From an uncultured Pseudomonadales bacterium (lineage in GTDB: Bacteria; Patescibacteriota; Microgenomatia; UBA1400; PJMF01), in contig CAZMZI010000001.1 of NCBI GenBank assembly GCA_964570775.1, positions 1 through 36,267 of the forward strand: a stretch of 36,267 nucleotides of DNA, written 5' to 3'. Position 1 is the first letter of the stretch; the number at the start of each line of letters is the position of its first letter. Below the pieces are notes generated by a model, which was given only the letters and a program-made list of their open reading frames with translations, was not told where the DNA came from and searched no databases. Shown piece by piece: positions 1-8,195 of the stretch. The position numbers were made by a program, and so were the translations under genes.

Positions 1-132
1 ATTGTTGAGTCACCAATTTATCAAGATGTGCTAGACAACTGGTGGCAACGCTTGGGTAGTAACATTACTATTGAAGAAACAGTACCAATTAATAGTAATT
101 TAGTTGTATATAAAGTTAAAAGAAGCAAATGA
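1..132 (+). CDS. 3' end of a CDS entering from the left edge (43 codons, IVESPIYQDVLDNWWQRLGSNITIEETVPINSNLVVYKVKRSK*). Product not identifiable from the fragment.
   Basis: Frame 1 is open from base 1 to TGA at 130-132. The stop overlaps the ATG of the next gene (ATGA at 129-132), the same coupling seen at nine other junctions in this window. Confidence 0.45.
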   Translation: MVESPIYQDVLDNWWQRLGSNITIEETVPINSNLVVYKVKRSK

Positions 133-1676
133 AAAGCAATAACCTTTTTTACTTTGTTCTTGGATTACTAATTGTTATTGGTTTTGCACTTCGTCTGTAT
201 CCTGGGAGCAACCATCTTATTTGGAGTTATGACCAAGCCCGAGATTCTGTGGTAATTAGATCGGTTTTTGGTGAAAAAAACATACTACTCGTTGGCCCTC
301 AGACAGAATATGTAGGCTTAAGTCATGGTCCTCTTTACTACTACATGCTTGCCCCTTTTTATCATTTAGGTCAATCCAATTTAAACATTCCACTTTTCTT
401 CATGATTTTCAGTAACATTGCTACTATCGTGCCACTGGCGTTGCTAACTCAGAGTATGTTTAAAAGAAAGTCAACAACCCTATTTGTGGTACTTCTCTTT
501 GCTTTTGCCTATCAACAAGTTGAGTATGCTCGGTGGCTTTCAAACGTCTCAATCACAATTCCATTTCTAGCTTGGTTTTTTTACTATATGTGGCAATCTG
601 TTTCAAGGCATACAAACCTACTATTGGCTGGACTTTTTCTAGGACTGGCAATTCAAGGGGAGATTTTTTTACTGTACCTCATGCCTTTTTGCATAGTTTT
701 CTTTTTGAATGTAAGAATGCCGAGTAAAAATAGTATTCGCTTTTTTGTAGGTTTACTTATTTCACTATCATCATTTATTTTAGCGGAACTTCGTTTTGGA
801 TTTTTGGCAACCAACACATTTATTACCTCATTTCTTGGTGACCAAAAAATTGCAGCTGGTAGCCCAAGTACAGCATTGCTTGGGTACTTAGACCATTTAG
901 GCTTAACGGTGTATCAATCTATTGGTGGTTTAACTCCAAGTATGGGCTTACTACTTCTTGGAGGTGGAGTTTTGTGGCTAACACTACTGTATTCTTCTGG
1001 GGAGCTTAAAAAAAATATTCAAGCTGTTTCATTTTTGCTCTTTTTCTTTTTTTCACACAGCATTTTGTTCACGTTTAAATACGTTGATTCCGTCTTTTTA
1101 GATATATCAATTACTATTCCACTGTTTATTTTGACAGCCTTTTTACTGCACAAACTCTTTTTTTCTCGATTTACTGTCCTTGCAGTTGGGATACTTTGCT
1201 TTGGAGTAGTCACTCAACTTTATCAATTATATGCAAACACAGTACATCAAACTCCCATGCAATCGTATAAATTCCACCAAGGTGGCATTTTATTCTCACA
1301 GAAAAAAGAAATTGTGGAACAACTGTATGCAATGGCAGATAACAAGCCGTTTACTTTTGGTGTATTGGGTACCCCGTACGGTGTACAAACAACTTGGGCT
1401 ACCATTTTTGAACAACTGCTTGCTGAGCATCCTACGTATCAAAAACCACAGTGGTTTGGGTTTCAAGCATTAGGATACCCCTATGATTCTTACTTCACAA
1501 AGACAGATCACCCTGGCATGCCTCACTTTGTCATAATTGAAGAGAATATTCTTACTTTAGCTGGAGAATATGTAGTGGCAGACTACATGAAGCAACTTGA
1601 TGCAACAACACAAATGGAGCAAGAGCAAACCATGTATGGATTTAGAATTCAAGTTAGAAATCCTATCCTAAAGTAG
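129..1676 (+). CDS. Polytopic membrane protein, ArnT/PMT_2-like GT-C glycosyltransferase candidate (subtype 2).
   Basis: 515 aa, with about 370 aa of repeated hydrophobic segments followed by a soluble C-terminal domain of about 140 aa. The N-terminal loop SYDQARD...LLVGPQTEYVGLSHGPLYYYMLAPF is paralogous to 12236-13780 (SNDTLRD...PTVGPKASVGNFYLPPLYYQVHLLF). A shared R-W-(L/N)-x-x-(S)I-T-IPF segment follows. Confidence 0.7.
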   Translation: MKSNNLFYFVLGLLIVIGFALRLYPGSNHLIWSYDQARDSVVIRSVFGEKNILLVGPQTEYVGLSHGPLYYYMLAPFYHLGQSNLNIPLFFMIFSNIATIVPLALLTQSMFKRKSTTLFVVLLFAFAYQQVEYARWLSNVSITIPFLAWFFYYMWQSVSRHTNLLLAGLFLGLAIQGEIFLLYLMPFCIVFFLNVRMPSKNSIRFFVGLLISLSSFILAELRFGFLATNTFITSFLGDQKIAAGSPSTALLGYLDHLGLTVYQSIGGLTPSMGLLLLGGGVLWLTLLYSSGELKKNIQAVSFLLFFFFSHSILFTFKYVDSVFLDISITIPLFILTAFLLHKLFFSRFTVLAVGILCFGVVTQLYQLYANTVHQTPMQSYKFHQGGILFSQKKEIVEQLYAMADNKPFTFGVLGTPYGVQTTWATIFEQLLAEHPTYQKPQWFGFQALGYPYDSYFTKTDHPGMPHFVIIEENILTLAGEYVVADYMKQLDATTQMEQEQTMYGFRIQVRNPILK

Positions 1677-1679
1677 GTG

Positions 1680-2387
1680 TTACTTGATTTTGAGCAACAC
1701 TCCAAACTTTACGATTACCCAAACTGCTCGCAACGCATCTTTTAAACCTATTTTTTTGCCTTCTTCATAGGTACGTCCATGGTAAGCAATACCTATTTCG
1801 TACATTCTCAAATTCATGTGCGCAACTTTTGCAGTTATTTCTGGTTCAATGCCAAAGGAATTTTCTGTAATGATAATACTTTGAATAATTTCTCTCCTAA
1901 ACATTTTATACCCAGTTTCCATGTCAGTAAGGTTAACATTATTAAATATATTTGAAAGTAAAGTGAGATAGGTATTGGCAAGATAGTGCCAGAAATAGAC
2001 AACCCTATGTGCTCTTGAGCCAACAAACCGAGTACCATATACAACATCGGCTTTTTCATCCAATAGAGGTTGAAGTAATCTGGGGAGATCTAGTGGGTCA
2101 TACTCCAAATCAGCATCTTGTATTACAACAAAGGTACCCGTTGCTTTAGCAATACCATCTCGTAATGCTGCACCTTTGCCACCATTTTTTGTTCTTAAAA
2201 TACACGTATCTATTTTCTTTGCAATTTTTTTAAGAACATCTCTAGTAGCATCTGTTGATCCATCGTCAACAACAATAATTTCTAGCGAAGGAACACCGCA
2301 TTTTCTTACTGCATCTACAACGTGTTCAATTGTTTTTTCTTCATTAAAGACTGGAATTACTACCGAGAGCAAAGGGTGTTTACTCAT
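1680..2387 (-). CDS. GT2 glycosyltransferase, short soluble DPM1/GtrB/ArnC-like form (candidate polyprenyl-phosphate sugar synthase).
   Basis: 235 aa with GT-A signatures: SVVIPVFNEE, IIVVDDGSTD, KNGGKGAALRDG, DADLEYDP (DxD), TDMETGYKMFRR. ATG at 2387 gives an 8-nt overlap with the upstream small membrane protein gene. Confidence 0.85.
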   Translation of the reverse strand: MSKHPLLSVVIPVFNEEKTIEHVVDAVRKCGVPSLEIIVVDDGSTDATRDVLKKIAKKIDTCILRTKNGGKGAALRDGIAKATGTFVVIQDADLEYDPLDLPRLLQPLLDEKADVVYGTRFVGSRAHRVVYFWHYLANTYLTLLSNIFNNVNLTDMETGYKMFRREIIQSIIITENSFGIEPEITAKVAHMNLRMYEIGIAYHGRTYEEGKKIGLKDALRAVWVIVKFGVLLKIK

Positions 2388-2733
2388 TTTTTTTCTTTTC
2401 TATTTCTTCTAGCTTGGTAAGTACAGCTTTTCTGCGAACAAACTGTTCGACTTTTTTTTCTAGAGTCTTAATCTTAAAGTAGCTCAAAAATAACACAACG
2501 GAAAGAATCATGAATGCCATGACAACAAGTAAATCAAAAACTCGAGCAAAACTAAGTAATCCCGTAATGCCTAAAAGTAAGTGTGGAAATAGAGCTACAA
2601 CGATAAAAAGTATCCAAACTGAAATCCATGCAGATGTTTCAATAGCTGTTAAGTTTTCTTTTTTACGATGTATTGTAACTACGTAAATCATTACGAGTGC
2701 AAACAAAGCTGAGGCTATCTGAAATACTGTCAT
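2380..2733 (-). CDS. Small membrane protein, DUF2304-like.
   Basis: 117 aa with hydrophobic helices (FALVMIYVVTI, WISVWILFIVVALF, LLVVMAFMILSVVLFLSYF) and a basic patch after helix 1 (HRKKENL). The charged C-terminal tail looks like a coiled coil (KTLEKKVEQFVRRKAVLTKLEEIEKKK). It sits between two GT2 genes, with ATGA and 8-nt overlaps, which is the usual context of DUF2304 proteins. Confidence 0.7.
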   Translation of the reverse strand: MTVFQIASALFALVMIYVVTIHRKKENLTAIETSAWISVWILFIVVALFPHLLLGITGLLSFARVFDLLVVMAFMILSVVLFLSYFKIKTLEKKVEQFVRRKAVLTKLEEIEKKKNE

Positions 2734-3407
2734 AACGTTAACCTCCAGAGTACCACACTATGTAGAAAATCAAGAGTATTAAGTAGAGTCATACCCTTGT
2801 CGTGGTCATGGTAAATAGTATCTATCGATACTACAGCGAATCTTAATTTAAATCGAGACACCCTGCACGCAATTTCCATTTCTACTTGATAACCAGGTGA
2901 CACCCAAAGAATTTGTTTGAGTACTTTCTTTTTGAACGCCTTATAGCCAGAGGGAATATCTGGTATGAGTGGTCCGCCAAAAAAAAACTTTACCACTAAT
3001 GAAGCAGCAAAGTTAGATACTCTTTTTATAAACGGCATTGCCGTATCTCTTTTACGTGCGCCAAATACAACATCATACCCTTCATCTAGCTTGTTTTGAA
3101 ATAATCCAAGTTCAGTAGTTGAGTGCTGATCATCAGCGTCCATGAGGATGACAGCCTGAGCACCGCAGTGCTTAAATGCATAGTCACACCCAGTTTTTAG
3201 GGCTGCACCTTTTCCTAGATTAATCTCATGTGTTAGTACATGTGGTGTGTATTTTTTTGCTATATGTGTGGTGTTATCAGTTGAACCATCGTCTACAAAA
3301 ATAACATTAGTGGTAATAGCACTAACCTTACTGAGTACTCTATCTACGTATTTGCTCTCATTGTAACCTGGAATCACCACCCATGTTTTTGTGTTTACCA
3401 CAGACAT
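2730..3407 (-). CDS. GT2 glycosyltransferase, short DPM1/GtrB-like form (candidate polyprenyl-phosphate sugar synthase).
   Basis: 225 aa with WVVIPGYNES, IFVDDGSTDNT, NLGKGAALKTG, LMDADDQH (DxD), PSGYKAFKKK. ATGA overlap with the DUF2304-like gene. Confidence 0.85.
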   Translation of the reverse strand: MSVVNTKTWVVIPGYNESKYVDRVLSKVSAITTNVIFVDDGSTDNTTHIAKKYTPHVLTHEINLGKGAALKTGCDYAFKHCGAQAVILMDADDQHSTTELGLFQNKLDEGYDVVFGARKRDTAMPFIKRVSNFAASLVVKFFFGGPLIPDIPSGYKAFKKKVLKQILWVSPGYQVEMEIACRVSRFKLRFAVVSIDTIYHDHDKGMTLLNTLDFLHSVVLWRLTL

Positions 3408-3410
3408 ATA

Positions 3411-4331
3411 TTACTTGTTCCAGTACTCCACAAAGTACTTCACTGTTTGAGCTATACCTTCATCTAAACTCATTTCTGCGTGCCATCCAAGTTGTGTTCT
3501 AGCTTTGCTAGCATCAGCATATAACTTTCGAGGATCACCAGGTCTATCTGGAAAATGGGTTACTCTAGCTTTTTTCCCCAATACACTTTCAATAGCTGCT
3601 ATTAAATCAAGTACAGTTGAAGGTTTTTGGGTAGACACGTTGAAGTAATGATATTTACCACTTTGGTTTTCACAAAATGGTATTGCTAATAAATGAGCAG
3701 ATACGATATCTTTTATGTGTATGTAGTCCCTTAGATGTTTCCCATCGCCCCAAACCGTTACCTCCTCACCATTGTATATTTGTTTAATGAAACGAGGGAG
3801 TGCGTGTGTTTCCGGTTCATGATGCTCTTCAGGGCCATACAAGTTAAAATATCTCAGAGCAACGCCAGTCATGCCAAATGATGAAACGTATGATGAAATG
3901 AGTCCCTCCATTGCTAATTTTGTCATCCCATAAGGATTGATTGGCAGAGTTCTATCATCTTCTTTAATTGGTATTGAAAGTGGTTCACCATATACGGCAG
4001 CACTAGAAGAAAAAATAAATGTTGGTACATTATTTTTTCGCATTGCTTCAAGAACACTTACAGTTCCACTTATATTGTAATCAACAAATTTTTGTGGATA
4101 TTTCACCGACTCACCTGTTTCAATCAGTGATGCTAAATGAAATACTACATCTACATCTTTAATTTCAGCATCCATCCTTTCGCTATCTCTTACATCTGCA
4201 ATGACTGTATCGAACTCCTTACTCTCTCTGATATCAATATTCTTTACGCTATGTCCGTCTTGTATTAAAGCACGCTGTAAGTGAGTACCTAAAAACCCAG
4301 AACCTCCAGTTACTAGTATACGTTTTCCCAT
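3411..4331 (-). CDS. NAD-dependent sugar-nucleotide epimerase, GalE (UDP-hexose 4-epimerase) family.
   Basis: Rossmann motif ILVTGGSGFLGTHL, SSSAAVYG, catalytic YGMTKLAME (YxxxK), LRYFNLYGP, GDPRKLYADASKARTQLGW. I place the start at ATG 4331 because AGGAG lies 4 nt upstream (complement of 4336-4340). The ORF-track start at 4352 is a TTG. Confidence 0.8.
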   Translation of the reverse strand: MGKRILVTGGSGFLGTHLQRALIQDGHSVKNIDIRESKEFDTVIADVRDSERMDAEIKDVDVVFHLASLIETGESVKYPQKFVDYNISGTVSVLEAMRKNNVPTFIFSSSAAVYGEPLSIPIKEDDRTLPINPYGMTKLAMEGLISSYVSSFGMTGVALRYFNLYGPEEHHEPETHALPRFIKQIYNGEEVTVWGDGKHLRDYIHIKDIVSAHLLAIPFCENQSGKYHYFNVSTQKPSTVLDLIAAIESVLGKKARVTHFPDRPGDPRKLYADASKARTQLGWHAEMSLDEGIAQTVKYFVEYWNK

Positions 4332-4339
4332 ATCACTCC

Positions 4340-5485
4340 TTATGCTACCCAATATCCCTGTACAAAAAGTATCGTATTAATAATAAGTAGTATACCCGAA
4401 ATTACGAGCCATACAGCCAATTGTTTTGGTTTTGATGAAAGAGAGTGTGATACCACCATAAAGAGCGGAAAACATGCAAGGACATATCGAGGAATACTTG
4501 ATAAGCTACCAGTAAGTGTTGGTATTAGTAAGGCTAGTATAGAGAAAAGTAAGTATGAGCTTCGAATTTTTTTTCTTTGCACAAACAGTACAGTTGCAGT
4601 AAGTGTGAACAGCGCAAAATCTTGCACATAAGAAAAATACTTCCAATCAAATGGTCTGTATGTTATGAGAATTTTAATGTATCTATACAAGACCTGTGGT
4701 AACAAAATGATGGATTCTTGTCTACCTGCACCAAACTCGGACTGTACATGAAAAAAATACAGTGCGTCATTGAAAGTTATCTGTAAGTAAGCCATGTACA
4801 CCAAAAGTCCCATTCCTCCTAAACACATTAAAGCCAATAACGGTACTTTTTTACTATAACTTTGTCCTTTTTTTTGAATGAGAACTTCCAACATAAGTGC
4901 AGGAACCAATGCAATCCCCACTACTTTTGTTGCACTTGCTAACGCTGCAAAAAAAACTGCTACTAGCCATAGTCGCTTTCTTGCAAATAGAAAGCTGCTT
5001 ACAACTAAAAACAAAAAAAGTGATTCAGCATACAAAGATGTAAAGAAAAAAGCTGTAGGAAATAGAAGTACTACTGCCACTAGTTTCCAGTTGTTTGTTA
5101 CTTTGTCATCAATTGTTTGTAGTTTTACAAATGCAAACAGAAATGCGACTAAAAATGAAAATGAAACAAACAGACCGCTAGAGATTACAGAAAAGCCCAA
5201 AGAGTACAGCACAAAAAGAAGTACCGGATAAAGTGGAAAAAAAGCTTGTATTAAGCCTGTACCGACATACCCGTTCGTTACAATAGTGATGTAGTGTACT
5301 CCATCAAAATTCGCAAATGAGTAGATACTTTTATCCAACCCTGATATCGCTAATTTTTCTGCAGAATATGGAAAACTCGGCTTGTACTCTAAAAAAGAAT
5401 CTGAGACAAAGCTAACCGAGTGTATAACTACTCTCCACAACACAACGGTAACCAGAATAGTTAATAAAAGTGACCTTGTTTTCAT
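4340..5485 (-). CDS. Polytopic membrane protein, PIG-V-like (GT76-type mannosyltransferase family) GT-C candidate.
   Basis: 381 aa and hydrophobic throughout. The N-terminal external loop FANFDGVHYITIVTNGYVGTGLIQAFFPLYPVLL matches the W/F-D-x-x-(H/W)-Y...GY...AFFPLYP signature I associate with the PIG-V family. ATGA overlap with the upstream gene. Confidence 0.55.
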   Translation of the reverse strand: MKTRSLLLTILVTVVLWRVVIHSVSFVSDSFLEYKPSFPYSAEKLAISGLDKSIYSFANFDGVHYITIVTNGYVGTGLIQAFFPLYPVLLFVLYSLGFSVISSGLFVSFSFLVAFLFAFVKLQTIDDKVTNNWKLVAVVLLFPTAFFFTSLYAESLFLFLVVSSFLFARKRLWLVAVFFAALASATKVVGIALVPALMLEVLIQKKGQSYSKKVPLLALMCLGGMGLLVYMAYLQITFNDALYFFHVQSEFGAGRQESIILLPQVLYRYIKILITYRPFDWKYFSYVQDFALFTLTATVLFVQRKKIRSSYLLFSILALLIPTLTGSLSSIPRYVLACFPLFMVVSHSLSSKPKQLAVWLVISGILLIINTILFVQGYWVA

Positions 5486-7137
5486 ACCAATTTCTTTTTG
5501 ACTTCCTCCTTAAGCCTCAGAACAGAAAGTAAACTGAGTATGATACCTCCCAAGATGCTGATACTGTTCCCAGTAATTCTAGAAAGTGTTGCCTGGGAAA
5601 ATGTAGTATGAATGGCATGTGTTCCTGCGGGTAAATTAAACGCCAGTCTACCTTGTATTTGTTCAGAATCGATATAGGTAACCATATTACTATCTACCGT
5701 TGTTTTCCACCCAGGAAAAAGCATCACAGGTTCTACCACAATAACATCAGTCGAACTTTCAACAGAATAGGTATGGGTAATAGTATTCCAAAAATCTGTT
5801 TTGACACTTCCCTGTCCCCTCAAAATTTTCGCCGTAGGTTCCCAATCGCCAATATCTAAGTAGGTAAAAGTTTTGGGTAGATTTTCATTTTGTGTGGAAG
5901 TACTTTGTGTGTATGCGTCATAGTCAATAATTGTTCTATGAAAGTAATCTATTGGCATAACGTGAGTGCCTATCCATAAAAAGTGAAATGATAGCAATGC
6001 AAGTAAAAAGCGAATCTTTTTTCCTACCATGCTGCTCACTACTGTAAAAACTGGAATGAGACAGATAAAAAATATGAGAGAAAGTCTCCATGGGAACTGA
6101 ACAAACCTTAGCAGAGGCACGGTATTCCATAGCCATTCAGACTCTGTAAGTTGAAGAAAAAGTAGCCCAACACAAATAACAACAAAAAACAAAAGATGCG
6201 TGTATTTGCTTGAAGTCTTTAATCTTAATCTAGACAAAATAAATATTGCAAACAGAACTGTGAAAATGGGCAGCAAACCAACTTGTGTTCCCAAAGAATC
6301 AATCGATCCTTTCTGAGAATAGCCAAAAGTAAGCGGCGCAAACAGTAATTGTTGTATGGTTGCAAAGTGACTAGAAAATGCTGATTGATTTTCACTCTGA
6401 GTAACTACTGTTACCGATGATTCAAGCACTGCAGGTATCCAAAACCATGCTGTAAGTGCAAATCCCAGTAGGAAGGTAAGAAAAAATTGCAAAAGTAATT
6501 TTTTACTTTGCCACAGCAACACGACAGCATACAAAAGTAGTAGGGGGGTTGCTATCAATACAGTGCTATTGTGTGAAAGTAAAAAAAGTGCCCACAATAC
6601 AGATAGCTGTAGAAAAGTTGCCAAAGAAAAACTATTAGTTACTACCTTTTGGATTAAGGCGAACAACCATGGCATTAGCGCGTATGCAGTAATTTCGCCA
6701 ATGCTGCCTCTGAAGTAAATAGTTGAAACTATGTAAGGATTAAAAAACCAAAGAAGTAAGACATTCACTTTAGCCAGTAATGCAGTAGAAAAAAATGATG
6801 AAAACCTTACCGCTCCTATCGCTCCAAGAAAAAGTGAGATCAGAACAATAATCTTAAAAGTCACTTCATAGTTTATTTTTACTACACTGAACGGAAGTGA
6901 TAAAAGTGAAGGTAATGGATAGTTATAGTTAAAAACTGGATACCCATACCTATTAAAAAGTGTCGGAGCAATTCTAGGCGGTATTTGACCTTCTTTAAGA
7001 GCAATTTTATAGTTTGCAAAACGAGCAAGATGGTTTTCTCCGTCATGTGTATACGGAAATCCTTCATGAATATACAATCTTCCAGCAAAAATACTTAGTA
7101 TAAAAGCACAAAAAATCAGTAAAAAATTGGTTTTCAT
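5482..7137 (-). CDS. Polytopic membrane protein, PTPS-related/YfhO-like GT-C candidate (paralogue 1 of 3).
   Basis: 551 aa. Three motifs are shared with 13792-15492 and 30803-32548: the N-terminal THDGENHLARFANYKIALKEGQIPPRIAP...YGYPVFNYNYPLPSLL, the mid motif VQFPWRLSL, and the C-terminal FPGWKTTVD...LPAGTHAIHTTF followed by a terminal TM helix. Confidence 0.6.
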   Translation of the reverse strand: MKTNFLLIFCAFILSIFAGRLYIHEGFPYTHDGENHLARFANYKIALKEGQIPPRIAPTLFNRYGYPVFNYNYPLPSLLSLPFSVVKINYEVTFKIIVLISLFLGAIGAVRFSSFFSTALLAKVNVLLLWFFNPYIVSTIYFRGSIGEITAYALMPWLFALIQKVVTNSFSLATFLQLSVLWALFLLSHNSTVLIATPLLLLYAVVLLWQSKKLLLQFFLTFLLGFALTAWFWIPAVLESSVTVVTQSENQSAFSSHFATIQQLLFAPLTFGYSQKGSIDSLGTQVGLLPIFTVLFAIFILSRLRLKTSSKYTHLLFFVVICVGLLFLQLTESEWLWNTVPLLRFVQFPWRLSLIFFICLIPVFTVVSSMVGKKIRFLLALLSFHFLWIGTHVMPIDYFHRTIIDYDAYTQSTSTQNENLPKTFTYLDIGDWEPTAKILRGQGSVKTDFWNTITHTYSVESSTDVIVVEPVMLFPGWKTTVDSNMVTYIDSEQIQGRLAFNLPAGTHAIHTTFSQATLSRITGNSISILGGIILSLLSVLRLKEEVKKKLV

Positions 7138-8195
7138 TTTTTAAGCACGCTTCTATACATGGCAGCTGTTTCAGCCGCAGCTCTTTGCCAGCTAAACTTC
7201 TTTTCCCACTCTGTTGCTTTTTTTATATGTTCTAAACGTTTCGTTTTTGACCAAGACAACACTGATTCGACTGCTAAAGCCATTTCTTCTGCAACCGGCG
7301 TAGTCACTATTGCTGCCGTACCAGCAACTTCAGGTAACGACCCACCATTAGTTGTAACCACTACAGTTTTACATTTCATTGCTTCTAAAACTGGCAAGCC
7401 AAACCCTTCGTACAGCGAGGGTTGCACGTAACACAGTGCTCCAGAGTATAAGGCTGATAATTCTTTTGAAGAATCTACAAGCACGTCTGTTAGGAAGTGA
7501 ACCCTATCTTCTACATTTGATAGTGCAAGTTGTTGCTCGATCCATTTCCACTCGGGAATTGGCTGAGGTAAAAAATGTTTTCCAACGCAAACTAAATGAA
7601 CATAATCAGGTAAAAATTTTATCATTTTTACTAATTGAGGAATATTTTTGTTGTAATTTATGTCTCCAACATATAGGACATACACTTTTGGTAAATTATG
7701 GAATTTTCTTACTTCTTCAATTACTCTTTCTGGTTGTGGTGCTAAGGAATCACTTGCAGCTAGGGGTACAACCGCTATTTTTTCAGGACGAACATCTAAT
7801 AACGAAACAATGTCTCTTTTTGAACATTCTGAGTCTGTAATCACCGCAGAAACTCTTTTTAAAGCCAACTTTTGTTTCGCTAGCTTTAGTGTACCTTTCA
7901 CACCAGGCTTGTAGTGTTCTGGATATATAAGGGGAATCACATCATGAATAGTCACAATTGTTTTTTTTACAGACAGCAATGGTAAAGTGTCGAAAAAAAG
8001 ATCAAAAAAGGGATAGTGAATAATGTCAACTTTTGGTTTTTCATGAGCTTCAAGAATAGTTGATCTATACACAAGCAGGTCTGGAATCATTTCTAGTGCT
8101 GCAATTAAATTCCTCGTATAGTTTCCAACTCCTCTAATAACATGACCAGATGCCAGTGGATGTGTATTGATGAGTACTTTAAGTAAGTTATCCAT
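7134..8195 (-). CDS. GT4 (GT-B fold, Glycos_transf_1) glycosyltransferase.
   Basis: 353 aa. The C-terminal half carries YVGDINYNKNIPQLV and the E-x7-E motif EGFGLPVLEAMKCKTVVVTTNGGSLPEVAG. ATGA overlap with the downstream gene. Confidence 0.85.
   Translation of the reverse strand: MDNLLKVLINTHPLASGHVIRGVGNYTRNLIAALEMIPDLLVYRSTILEAHEKPKVDIIHYPFFDLFFDTLPLLSVKKTIVTIHDVIPLIYPEHYKPGVKGTLKLAKQKLALKRVSAVITDSECSKRDIVSLLDVRPEKIAVVPLAASDSLAPQPERVIEEVRKFHNLPKVYVLYVGDINYNKNIPQLVKMIKFLPDYVHLVCVGKHFLPQPIPEWKWIEQQLALSNVEDRVHFLTDVLVDSSKELSALYSGALCYVQPSLYEGFGLPVLEAMKCKTVVVTTNGGSLPEVAGTAAIVTTPVAEEMALAVESVLSWSKTKRLEHIKKATEWEKKFSWQRAAAETAAMYRSVLKK

Noticed and set aside
2989-2997. Homopolymer tracts inside glycosyltransferase genes as possible slipped-strand phase-variation switches: A9 at 2989-2997, and A8 at 11257-11264, 12706-12713 and 15492-15499.
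   Set aside because: Tracts of 8-9 A/T are expected in AT-rich coding DNA rich in Lys and Phe codons. All the genes are in frame, and nothing distinguishes these tracts from background. Only population or metagenome read variation could revive the idea.
7379-7840. Long antisense ORFs nested inside strongly supported genes: 7379-7840, 4878-5231, 27101-27463, 29479-29889, 17031-17357, 32669-32989 and others of 60-150 aa.
   Set aside because: Each is fully contained in, and opposite to, a gene with clear family motifs. Long shadow ORFs of this kind are common opposite real coding sequences, and none has an RBS or family signature.
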